A program made the translations under genes and the position numbers. A model generated the notes under the pieces. It searched no databases and was not told the DNA's origin. It saw only the letters and a program-made list of their open reading frames with translations. From positions 927,070 to 991,069 of the forward strand of contig OY759308.1 in the NCBI GenBank assembly GCA_963662235.1: a DNA stretch of 64,000 nt, written 5' to 3'. This document shows, piece after piece, positions 55,746 through 64,000 of this stretch (its first letter is position 1; each line of letters starts with the position of its first letter). The DNA is from Desulfobacterales bacterium (GTDB taxonomy: Bacteria; Desulfobacterota; Desulfobacteria; Desulfobacterales; G963662235).

Positions 55746-56666
55746 TTAAGCGAACGCTTTTTCAAAATTTGGAACAACCTGTTTTTTTCTACTCATAACG
55801 CCGTCAAGCCAAACTTTTCCGCCTTCTACTTTTTGACCAAAAGCTTTTTCAACAACAGATTCATCATCTGATGCAACAAGCATTTCAGAACCTTCTTTCA
55901 TAATATCTGTTAGAAGTAAAAATACACTATGACGAGAACCTTCTGCTTTGAGTTTTTTAATATCTTCAGCTAAATCATTTTTGATATTGTCAACAAGAGA
56001 AAGGTCAACAAGTTCTAATTGTCCTATACCAACTTTTTTGCCGTTCATATTAAAATCTTTATAATCTCTTTCTACAAGTTCTCTCATTGGAGTTCCTTCA
56101 ATTGCAGATTTAACTTTAAACATTTCCATACCAAGAGCTTGAAGGTCACTTGCTCCTGCAATTTTTTGAAGAGCTTTTGCTGCTTCTTTATCTTTTTCTG
56201 TGCAAGTTGCTGATTTGAAAATAACTGTATCACTTAAAATAGCACAAAGCATAGCACCTGCTATACCTTTTGGAATTTCAACATTAAAAAAATCGTACAT
56301 AGCTTTGATAATTGTTGCTGTACAGCCTACTGGCCAAATCCAACATTCAAGAGGTTGTTCTGTTGTGATATCTCCAAGTTTATGATGGTCAACTATACCA
56401 AGGATATTAGCTTCTTTAATATCATCCATACATTGAGCAATATCAGAATGGTCAACAAGAAAAACATCTTTGCCTTTTACAGATGTCATAATTTCAGGTG
56501 CAGAAAGAGAAAATTTATCCAAAATAAATTTTGTTTCTGGGTTTAAATTACCTTGAATTACAGGTACTGCTTCTGTACCTATTTTAGATTTTAAATCAGC
56601 TAGAGCAATCGCTGAGCAAACAGTATCGCTATCGGGATTTTTATGTCCAAACACATATGCGGTCAT
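55746..56666 (-). CDS. ppaC: Manganese-dependent inorganic pyrophosphatase (family II, DHH)
   Basis: VFGHKNPDSDTVCSAIALA, VDHSD and GIVDHHKLG DHH motifs, plus a DHHA2 C-terminal domain. 306 aa. Confidence 0.92.
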   Translation of the reverse strand: MTAYVFGHKNPDSDTVCSAIALADLKSKIGTEAVPVIQGNLNPETKFILDKFSLSAPEIMTSVKGKDVFLVDHSDIAQCMDDIKEANILGIVDHHKLGDITTEQPLECWIWPVGCTATIIKAMYDFFNVEIPKGIAGAMLCAILSDTVIFKSATCTEKDKEAAKALQKIAGASDLQALGMEMFKVKSAIEGTPMRELVERDYKDFNMNGKKVGIGQLELVDLSLVDNIKNDLAEDIKKLKAEGSRHSVFLLLTDIMKEGSEMLVASDDESVVEKAFGQKVEGGKVWLDGVMSRKKQVVPNFEKAFA

Positions 56667-56817
56667 TATATTCTTCCTCCATTTAATAATTTTGAGAGCT
56701 TCTATAAAAAGTTCTCTTTTTTTAAAAATTAAAATTGTGCTTTGTAAAAAAATTAATTATGAAAACTTATGATTCATAAAAGCTATTAACTTTTAAGTGT
56801 TTTTTCATAAAACACAT

Positions 56818-56856
56818 TATGTACAAAGGTCTTATGCTTTTATGTGCAAAGTTCTC
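56818..56856 (+). repeat. Two tandem right-arm fragments of the family-A element
   Basis: TATGTACAAAGGTCT (56818-56832) and TATGTGCAAAGTTCTC (56841-56856), in the ppaC / carboxylase-like divergent spacer. Confidence 0.5.
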
Positions 56857-56973
56857 ACTAATACTGCATTCACTCAATCTATTTGTTTTTTAAAATCTGT
56901 CAAGACATTTTGCCATAGTGTTTTTTTTGAGCAGATTAATTTTTAACCCATTTTAAAATTTTAGAAATAGAAG

Positions 56974-59526
56974 ATGACATTGAAAAAGATACCTAAAGAG
57001 TTTTATACAAAATTTACAAAAGATGAGCTTTTTGAAATAAAAGCCATTTTTAATAAATTTATTACCGCAGGTGAAAATAAAAAAGCTGAAACCTATCTTA
57101 AAGTTGTTAAAGAGAAAAAAGAGTCGCCTCTCAATTTACGAAAATTAATCAATATTACCCAAAACGAATATACAAGCTATGCTAAAAAGAAAGATATATT
57201 AAACTTTAAAATAGATTATATCCTTATAGCTAATAGAGGCGAGATAGCTTTTAGAATGTTAAAAGAAGCTCACGCTTTAAGTAAAAAAGTTATAATCCTT
57301 TATGAAGAGAACGATTTGTCTTGGGATGAGTTTTTAAAAAAGGACGATATAGCGATACAAATAAGATCTTATTGTGATAGAGGTAAAAAAACAGAAGATA
57401 GATATGATGTTCAGGATATGTGGAAAGTAAGATTAATTATTGAAAATCAAAATATAGAACTAAGTAAAGTCGCTGTCTTTTCTGGATACGGTTTTAATTC
57501 TGAAGATGAAAAGTGGATAAAAGCTGTAGAAGATCTTGGTTTTAGAATATGTGGTCCCTCTTCTGATAGTATCCATGCTTTTGGTTTAAAAACTCAAGCT
57601 AATGCAGTTGCAAAAGAAAGTAAGCTTTTCCCTCCTCTTACTTCTGGTTCCATTTATCATATTGATGCAATGTCTACTGCTGAAAAAGAACAAAACTTAG
57701 CTAAAGCTATTGCTTTTTATGAAGATTATAAGGGTGTAATAACTTCTTTTCTTTTGAAAGATGCAAGAGGCGGAGGAGGTAGTGGACAATTCAAAATAGA
57801 CAATCCGACAAGAGAAGAGTTTGAAACAGCTTTAATAAATTTTGCAGAAAAAAAAGAGATTGTTGAATTTAGTGTTGATGAATTTATTGTAGGGACAAGG
57901 CATATTGAGTTTCAAGTTGTAAGTGATTGGGATGGAAACGTAGGTATTGTAGGTATTAGAGATTGTTCTGAACAACTTCAAATGCAAAAAATAGAAGAAG
58001 AGGTGGCAAATCAGATACCTTTAGAATATTGTGAAAAGTTTAAAACAGCTATCGTTAAATTTTTTAAAAGATTAGAGGAAAAGATAGGTCATCCATATGT
58101 TGGGCTTGCGACTGTTGAAACGATGTACAAGCCCAGTGCTGTAAAAAATCATTTTAGGTTTCTTGAAGTCAATCCTCGCCCTCAAGTTGAACTACCTGTT
58201 ACTGAAATGCAATCGGGTTTTAATCTCATTAGTTCTTTGATAGATATTGTAGAAGGGAAAAAAATAAGGTCTCAAAGCGATATAGAAAAAGAGGATATAG
58301 GTGGCACTACAATTGAAGTTCGACTTACTTTGCAAGATGTCTTTGATGAAGAGATGATTAAGTTTATGAGAATTCAGGGTAGGAATAAAATATTATATCC
58401 TACAGCAGGAGTTTTCGATGTATTTAGTCTCCCTGAAAACGAACAAAATACGATTATACACAAAGACCCACGCCTTAAGAAAGGGGTTTATGTTTCTGGT
58501 AAATATGACCCTATGATAGCTAAAGTAGTTATTCATAAAGATTTAAAATATGATGAAACCATAAGACAAAACAGATTAAGTACCATTTCCGATATAAAAA
58601 AAGTTATAAAAAAAATTAAGATTAAGGGAAAAGGTTTAAACACTAATAAAAGAATCCTGCTTGATATTTTAGACCACGATATATTTTTAAATAGAAATCA
58701 CCGTTCTGAAACTGTAGCCCCCAGTGTAGTTGCAAATATAAGAGCAGAAAATTTGGAAAGGGCGATAAGAGATAAGTATAATCCTTACAATTTTTCTGAT
58801 AATTTAACTAAGATGTTTTGTATTGCAAAATTAGGAGCTCTTACAAACTCACAAGTTAAAATATTTGAATCTTTTACAATAGGTTACGGTAAATTTTTAA
58901 CAGTTGTGGAAAATAGAGTTAGAAGAGAGATAAGTAAGATAAAAAGAGATTTGGGTTTTGATGATTTGCAAAAAAGACTTATGATATGGTTGCAAAATCA
59001 TATGGAAGAAGGTGAAAAATGCTATATATTCAAAAATCATATACAAAAAAATATAGTTTCTACACACTTTAGGTTTCATCCTTTTTTCTTTCCTTTTTTT
59101 GAGCTTTTTATAATGGCACTTGGACTTAAACCCGAAGAGGCAATATTAAATTATGAAGATAGGAAACTTACTAGTGTTATTATGCAGGATGATAATGAAT
59201 CTTATGACTTGCTCTATATACAAAGATTTGTAGATACCGAAAAAGGTCGCAGTGACTTAAAGGATATGGTTAGTGTCAAAAGACTTTATAGAAAAGATAA
59301 ATTTAAGTTAAGAGATGCAGAGGTTTTAAAGGCTATAGCCAACAAAGTTTTTAATAGTGATAATAAAGAAAAGAAAACTAACGGTGAACTATTGCAGGAG
59401 ATGTTTCCTGATACTACCTTCAAAAATGGTTTTTTATCCCTCGATAAAGGTCAAGTTAAGATTTTTAAACATATTTTCTATTGCTTAACTAAAATAAGAT
59501 TTAAGACTTGTTTTAAAGAGGTTTGA
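56974..59526 (+). CDS. Divergent biotin-carboxylase-like ATP-grasp protein with N- and C-terminal extensions of unknown function
   Basis: ILIANRGEIAFRMLKEA, KDARGGGGSGQFKI, QMQKIEEEV, FLEVNPRPQVELPVTEM, TTIEVRL and YDPMIAKVVIH...GLNTNKRILLDIL are colinear with the biotin carboxylase motifs. Residues from about 590 to 850 and residues 1-80 are unassignable. I recognised no biotinyl (BCCP) or carboxyltransferase domain. Confidence 0.6.
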   Translation: MTLKKIPKEFYTKFTKDELFEIKAIFNKFITAGENKKAETYLKVVKEKKESPLNLRKLINITQNEYTSYAKKKDILNFKIDYILIANRGEIAFRMLKEAHALSKKVIILYEENDLSWDEFLKKDDIAIQIRSYCDRGKKTEDRYDVQDMWKVRLIIENQNIELSKVAVFSGYGFNSEDEKWIKAVEDLGFRICGPSSDSIHAFGLKTQANAVAKESKLFPPLTSGSIYHIDAMSTAEKEQNLAKAIAFYEDYKGVITSFLLKDARGGGGSGQFKIDNPTREEFETALINFAEKKEIVEFSVDEFIVGTRHIEFQVVSDWDGNVGIVGIRDCSEQLQMQKIEEEVANQIPLEYCEKFKTAIVKFFKRLEEKIGHPYVGLATVETMYKPSAVKNHFRFLEVNPRPQVELPVTEMQSGFNLISSLIDIVEGKKIRSQSDIEKEDIGGTTIEVRLTLQDVFDEEMIKFMRIQGRNKILYPTAGVFDVFSLPENEQNTIIHKDPRLKKGVYVSGKYDPMIAKVVIHKDLKYDETIRQNRLSTISDIKKVIKKIKIKGKGLNTNKRILLDILDHDIFLNRNHRSETVAPSVVANIRAENLERAIRDKYNPYNFSDNLTKMFCIAKLGALTNSQVKIFESFTIGYGKFLTVVENRVRREISKIKRDLGFDDLQKRLMIWLQNHMEEGEKCYIFKNHIQKNIVSTHFRFHPFFFPFFELFIMALGLKPEEAILNYEDRKLTSVIMQDDNESYDLLYIQRFVDTEKGRSDLKDMVSVKRLYRKDKFKLRDAEVLKAIANKVFNSDNKEKKTNGELLQEMFPDTTFKNGFLSLDKGQVKIFKHIFYCLTKIRFKTCFKEV

Positions 59527-59544
59527 TTTTTTTACTTTCAGCTC

Positions 59545-60264
59545 TTAAAGGTTTTGAATAATTTCAACCATATCTTTGACTGCTTGTTTTATACCTACAA
59601 AAACTGCTCTTGAAATTATTGAGTGTCCTATACTGAACTCATCAATTAAATTGCTAAAGCCTTTGAATTTTTTAACAGTGGTATAACAAAGCCCATGTCC
59701 TGCATTTACCTTTAAACTTAACTCTTTTGCAAATTTGGCTGCATCTATAATTTTTTTAAACTCTTTTTCTTTTTTTTCGTTTGTTTCTTCGCAAAATTTT
59801 CCAGTATGAATTTCTATAGCATCTGCATCGATATTTTTTGCACACTCAATCTGTTTAGTATTAGGGTCAATGAAAATACTAACAGGAATATTGGCATTTT
59901 TAAATATATGAATGGTTTCGGCTGTTTTTTTTTCATACTTTATAACATCAAGCCCTCCTTCAGTACTTATTTCTTCATCTCTTTCTGGTACCAAAGTGAT
60001 AAGCTCCGGTTTTATCTTTAAAGCAAAATCAACCGTCTCTTTTCTATTTGCCATCTCTAAAATAAGTTTTGTCTTAACTGTCTTTCTTAAAATTTCGACA
60101 TCTCTTTCTTGTATATGTCGTCTGTCTCCTCTTAAATGTACGACTACACCATCTGCTCCTCCTATTTCTGCAAGTCCTGCAGCTGTTACAGGTTCTGGAT
60201 AATTAACTTTTCTTGCTTCTCTTAAAGTTGCAATATGGTCTACATTAACAGCTAATGTACTCAT
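59545..60264 (-). CDS. pdxJ: Pyridoxine 5'-phosphate synthase
   Basis: LAVNVDHIATLREARKVNYPEPV...VHLRGDRRHIQ...IEIHTG...NAGHGL. Confidence 0.95.
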   Translation of the reverse strand: MSTLAVNVDHIATLREARKVNYPEPVTAAGLAEIGGADGVVVHLRGDRRHIQERDVEILRKTVKTKLILEMANRKETVDFALKIKPELITLVPERDEEISTEGGLDVIKYEKKTAETIHIFKNANIPVSIFIDPNTKQIECAKNIDADAIEIHTGKFCEETNEKKEKEFKKIIDAAKFAKELSLKVNAGHGLCYTTVKKFKGFSNLIDEFSIGHSIISRAVFVGIKQAVKDMVEIIQNL

Positions 60265-60281
60265 TTTTTTCCCTCTCTTTT

Positions 60282-60388
60282 AGACCTTTACACATAACAC
60301 TCTCTTTCACTTTTGTTTTGGGTTTGACGTATTAAATATACTACTACACCACAAAACAAAAGTAAAATAGAGCTATGTATAAAGGTCT
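60282..60388. repeat. Family-A palindromic element, full-length copy (107 bp)
   Basis: Left end AGACCTTTACACATAACACTCTCTTTCACTTTTGTTTTGGG. Right end CACCACAAAACAAAAGTAAAATAGAGCTATGTATAAAGGTCT. The reverse complement of the right arm matches 63947-64000 almost base for base. Confidence 0.8.
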
Positions 60389-60392
60389 TGAA

Positions 60393-60869
60393 TTAAATTA
60401 AAATTCTTTTTTGTTTAAAAAAATCTTGTATTATCGTTTTTGTCTCGTTTTTTAAAACTCCTGAAACTACTTCAACTTTATGATTCAATCTGCTATCTTT
60501 TGAAAAATCGTAAAGAGAAGAGCATGCTCCCCATTTTTTGTCAAAAGCTCCAAAAACAACTTTTTTTATTCTGGCGTGAATAATAGCCCCCATACACATT
60601 ATACAAGGTTCAATTGTAACATACATAGTTGTATTAATGAGTCTGTAATTTTTTGTTTTTTTTGAAGCCGTTTTTATTGCAAGAATTTCAGCGTGTGCAG
60701 TTGTATCATTTTTTGAAATAACTTGATTGTGCTTTCTTGCGATAATTTCTCCTCTACTATTTACAATGATAGCTCCTATTGGAACTTCATTCTTTAAAAA
60801 AGCTTTTTTTGCCTCTTTTAAAGCGATATCCATATACTCTTCATCATTTTTTATTGGTTTACTTTTCAT
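60393..60869 (-). CDS. tadA: tRNA adenosine(34) deaminase
   Basis: HAEILAI...TIEPCIMCMGAI zinc-deaminase motifs. 158 aa. Confidence 0.9.
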   Translation of the reverse strand: MKSKPIKNDEEYMDIALKEAKKAFLKNEVPIGAIIVNSRGEIIARKHNQVISKNDTTAHAEILAIKTASKKTKNYRLINTTMYVTIEPCIMCMGAIIHARIKKVVFGAFDKKWGACSSLYDFSKDSRLNHKVEVVSGVLKNETKTIIQDFFKQKRILI

Positions 60870-60954
60870 TGTGTTTTTTTAGTTACATAAATAAAAACTA
60901 TGTTATTCAATAAGTTTTAATAAATATAAACGAATATATTTTTCTTATAAAAAA

Positions 60955-62097
60955 ATGGCAAAAGAGCAAACTACTACATATAGAGCAAAATGGCTTATTA
61001 TAAACCCATATAAAATAATTGAAAATGGTTTTTTAAAAGTAAGAGATGGTATTGTTGTAGATGTAGGGAAATTTAATTCTAAATTTAAAAGTGAAAATGT
61101 AAAAGATTTTGGAGAAAGCGTTATTTTACCTAAACTTATAAATGCCCATACTCATCTTGAACTTTCTATCTTAAAAGAAAAATTTAATGGGGATTTAGAT
61201 TTTTTAAGTTGGATAAAAGATTTAATTAAAGAGAGAGATAAATTTACAAAAGAAGAGTTAGTAATTAGTGCTAAAAATGAACTAAAAAAAATAAAATCGA
61301 CAAGCTTTTTCTGTGAAATTTCCAGCCTAAATATTACAAAAAATCTATTTAATGATTTACATATTAATGGTATGTTTTTTTTAGAATTGCTTGGAAGTAA
61401 GTTTCAATCTTATAAGCTACACGATAACGCTTTTATGCAAAGCTCTTTGGCGTGTCATGCCCCTCATAGCTCTTCTCCTTTGCTTTTGCAAAAGGTGAAA
61501 GATTATACAACTAAAAGAAATAGTCTGTTTTCTATTCATACAGCAGAGTCTAAATATGAAACTGAATTTATAAATAACAAAAGTGGTAGTTGGGCTTGTT
61601 TTTTAAAAGAGAGAAACGTCGATTTTAAAGATTGGGAAATATCAGAAAAGAGCTCTGTTGAACATTTAGAGAAACTAAAAATTTTAGATGATAAAACTCT
61701 TTTAGTACACATTCTTGAAGCAAGCGAAAAAGATATGGAGATTATAAAAAAAAAAGGTGCTAAAGTTTGTGTTTGTCCGAGAAGCAATTTTTTTTTACAC
61801 AAGAAACTCCCCGATATATGTAAAATGCTCAAATTAAATTTAAAGCCAGCACTCGGCACAGATAGTCTTGCAAGTTGTGAGACTATTGACATTTTTGATG
61901 AAATGGCTTTTATCTACAAAAATTATAGTGATATTAAACCAGAAGAGATTTTTGAAATGGCTACAATAAATGGTGCTAAGGTTTTTTCTCGCAATAATCT
62001 TGGCTCGCTTGAAAAAGATACAAAAGCTTACTTCTTAAATCTTAAAATATCTGAAAATAATAAGAATAAACTTATTGAAAAAATTATAAATTATTAG
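60955..62097 (+). CDS. Amidohydrolase-superfamily metal-dependent deaminase/hydrolase (chlorohydrolase / aminofutalosine-deaminase-like)
   Basis: LINAHTHLELS, SLACHAPHS, FSIHTAES, LLVHIL and ALGTDSLAS are the amidohydrolase metal-ligand blocks. Substrate not determinable. Confidence 0.6.
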   Translation: MAKEQTTTYRAKWLIINPYKIIENGFLKVRDGIVVDVGKFNSKFKSENVKDFGESVILPKLINAHTHLELSILKEKFNGDLDFLSWIKDLIKERDKFTKEELVISAKNELKKIKSTSFFCEISSLNITKNLFNDLHINGMFFLELLGSKFQSYKLHDNAFMQSSLACHAPHSSSPLLLQKVKDYTTKRNSLFSIHTAESKYETEFINNKSGSWACFLKERNVDFKDWEISEKSSVEHLEKLKILDDKTLLVHILEASEKDMEIIKKKGAKVCVCPRSNFFLHKKLPDICKMLKLNLKPALGTDSLASCETIDIFDEMAFIYKNYSDIKPEEIFEMATINGAKVFSRNNLGSLEKDTKAYFLNLKISENNKNKLIEKIINY

Positions 62098-62141
62098 AGA
62101 GCTTTAAAAAGTAAGGAATAAAGAAATAAAGAGATAAAGAT

Positions 62142-62429
62142 ATGAAGATAACAAAAGACGAAATATTATACGTTGCAAACCTTGCCAAAATAGAACTTAA
62201 AAAAGAAGAGGAGGAAAAAATTTCAAGTCAAATAGAGAATATCCTTGAATATATTAAAAAAATAGATGCACTTGACACAAGTGATGTAGAACCTACTTAT
62301 AACACGCCTATTGGTTCAAATTTCTTTAGAGAAGATATCATAAAAGAGCACTTGGGCAGTGAAACGTCTCTTTTTAATGCTCCTGAAAAGGATGATGGAT
62401 ATTTTATAGTACCTAAAATAATAAAGTAA
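62142..62429 (+). CDS. gatC: Asp/Glu-tRNA amidotransferase subunit C
   Basis: MKITKDEILYVANLAKIELKKEE...ILEYIKKIDALDTSDVEPT. Confidence 0.93.
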   Translation: MKITKDEILYVANLAKIELKKEEEEKISSQIENILEYIKKIDALDTSDVEPTYNTPIGSNFFREDIIKEHLGSETSLFNAPEKDDGYFIVPKIIK

Positions 62430-62434
62430 AAAAA

Positions 62435-63904
62435 ATGGATTTATGTAAATTAACACTATTTGAAGCACACAACTTATTAAAAAAAAAAGAGATCTCTTCT
62501 GTTGAATTGAGTAAAAGTTTTTTTGAAAGAATAGAAACAATAGAAGATAAAATTGGCGCATATATAACAGTTACTAAAGAGAGTGCTTTAAAAGAGGCTG
62601 AAAAAGCTGATGAAAGAATTAAAAAGGGAGACATATCTTACTTAACAGGTATCCCCTTATCTATAAAAGATTTAATGTGTACAAAAGGAGTTAAAACCAC
62701 TTGTGCATCGAAAATGTTAGAAAATTTTATACCACCTTATGACGCTTTTGTTATAAAAAAACTTAAAGAAGCGGGTGCTGTAATTTTGGGGAAAACTAAT
62801 ATGGACGAGTTTGCTATGGGCTCTTCCAATGAAAACTCTAATGTAAAAAAAGTTCACAATCCATGGGATGTAACAAGAGTACCTGGAGGCTCAAGTGGAG
62901 GGTCGGCGGCATCTGTTTCTGCTGATATGTGTATATCCTCTCTCGGTTCAGATACAGGTGGTTCAATAAGACAACCTGCTTCTTTTTGTGGAGTAACAGG
63001 TTTAAAACCTACCTATGGAAGAGTTTCAAGGTTTGGACTTATAGCTTTTGCTTCTTCGCTTGATCAAATAGGACCTATCACAAAAGATGTACAAGATTCT
63101 GCAATGCTTTTAGAAACGATATCTGGTTTTGATGAAAACGATTCTACTTCATCAAAAGAGAAAGTCCCTACTTTTTTTGAAAATATTAAGAATATTAAAG
63201 ATTTAAAGGGTGTTAAAATAGGAGTTCCTGATGAGTATCTTGTCAGTGGAACAATTGATGATGAAGTGTATGAAAAAATCAAAGAGGCAGTAGATGTGCT
63301 TAAAAAAGAGGGTGCTGAAATTATAAATGTATCCCTTCCTCATACAGAGTATTCAATTGCTGCTTATTATATAATAGCACCATCTGAAGCAAGTTCCAAT
63401 CTTGCAAGGTATGACGGTGTTAAGTATGGCTTTCGTGATAAAAATCAAACAGATTTAGAAAGTATGTATAAAAAGACAAAATCTATTGGGTTTGGTGATG
63501 AAGTTATAAGAAGAATAATTCTTGGAACTTACGCACTCTCTGCAGGCTATTATGATGCTTTCTATAAAAAAGCATCGCAGATAAGAACGCTAATTATTGA
63601 CGATTTTAAGAAAGCTTTTGCTAAATGCGATATTTTAATTGCTCCTACTACACCTACTTGTGCTTTTAAAATAGGCGACAAATTAAACGATCCTCTTGCG
63701 ATGTATTTTTCAGATATTTTTACAATCTCTGCTAATCTTGCAGGTATTCCAGCTATGAGTCTTCCTTGTGGTTTTTCTAAAGAGAATTTACCTATTGGTA
63801 TGCAATTTATGGGTAACTATTTTGATGAAGAAGCAATATTAAAAGCTGGTATTGTTTATCAAAATAGTACCACTTTTCATAAAGAGAGACCGAAGGTATC
63901 TTAA
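62435..63904 (+). CDS. gatA: Asp/Glu-tRNA amidotransferase subunit A
   Basis: Amidase signature GGSSGGSAASVSAD...GSDTGGSIRQPASFCG. 489 aa. Confidence 0.96.
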   Translation: MDLCKLTLFEAHNLLKKKEISSVELSKSFFERIETIEDKIGAYITVTKESALKEAEKADERIKKGDISYLTGIPLSIKDLMCTKGVKTTCASKMLENFIPPYDAFVIKKLKEAGAVILGKTNMDEFAMGSSNENSNVKKVHNPWDVTRVPGGSSGGSAASVSADMCISSLGSDTGGSIRQPASFCGVTGLKPTYGRVSRFGLIAFASSLDQIGPITKDVQDSAMLLETISGFDENDSTSSKEKVPTFFENIKNIKDLKGVKIGVPDEYLVSGTIDDEVYEKIKEAVDVLKKEGAEIINVSLPHTEYSIAAYYIIAPSEASSNLARYDGVKYGFRDKNQTDLESMYKKTKSIGFGDEVIRRIILGTYALSAGYYDAFYKKASQIRTLIIDDFKKAFAKCDILIAPTTPTCAFKIGDKLNDPLAMYFSDIFTISANLAGIPAMSLPCGFSKENLPIGMQFMGNYFDEEAILKAGIVYQNSTTFHKERPKVS

Positions 63905-63945
63905 CTTAAGAGTTTTATATAAAAATTTAAAAGTTTACTAAAAGA

Positions 63946-64000
63946 GAGACCTTTGCACATAGCTCTATTTTGCTTTTGTTTTGTGGTGCAGTAGTATATT
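63946..64000. repeat. Family-A palindromic element, left arm (runs off the window)
   Basis: GAGACCTTTGCACATAGCTCTATTTTGCTTTTGTTTTGTGGTGCAGTAGTATATT matches the reverse complement of 60334-60388. Confidence 0.75.

Noticed and set aside
1-64000. Prophage, transposon, integron, toxin-antitoxin or known defence-system genes; tRNA and rRNA genes
   Set aside because: No integrase, transposase, phage structural, Cas, restriction-modification or toxin-like translations appear in the ORF track. By eye I saw no cloverleaf-like or rRNA-like segments in the intergenic regions. The RNA-gene check was not exhaustive, so tRNAscan or Rfam should be run.

Overview
AT-rich (roughly 30% G+C by eye, not computed) chromosomal segment of a dissimilatory sulfate reducer. 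It is mostly core genes.

Gene content in order:
- a partial BASS-type transporter and a FabH-like KAS III
- a porin
- riboflavin genes ribE and ribBA
- the canonical aprBA-qmoABC sulfate-respiration cluster (6225-13716)
- a nucleoside phosphorylase
- a tightly packed 13-gene plus-strand operon (14953-26944): flavodoxin, a PNPOx-like split-barrel protein, a Vibrio TonB2-type energiser set (DUF3450, long MotA/ExbB, ExbB, ExbD, TonB, TPR protein), a TonB-dependent receptor, a HemN/ChuW-like radical SAM enzyme and an ECF-type importer
- a second porin
- a small accessory-looking island (28380-33755): a DUF2325 coiled-coil protein, a DtxR-type iron repressor with two identical palindromic operators, an Fe-S protein, YedE/YeeE, TusA and an isochorismatase-family hydrolase
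- pheST-rplT-rpmI-infC on the minus strand
- the str/S10/spc/alpha ribosomal superoperon (39400-55584), which lacks fusA
- ppaC, an orphan 850-aa biotin-carboxylase-like protein, pdxJ, tadA, an amidohydrolase and gatCA

I recognised no transposase, integrase, phage, CRISPR-Cas or known defence genes, and no tRNA or rRNA, although the RNA scan was by eye only.

The structures not explained by the genes are:
1. A 29-copy 20-bp tandem array, bracketed by a 36-bp direct duplication of the two converging gene ends (33744-34410).
2. A family of intergenic palindromic elements with conserved termini GAGACCTTTGCACATA...TATGTGCAAAGGTCTC. At least 9 copies are present, one of them inside the ribosomal operon.
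3. A second repeat family and GC-rich hairpins at 2030-2200 and 4555-4740.
4. The TTAGAATATTCTAA operator pair around the DtxR-like gene.

All functional calls rest on reading the supplied translations and my own translations. No database search was possible.
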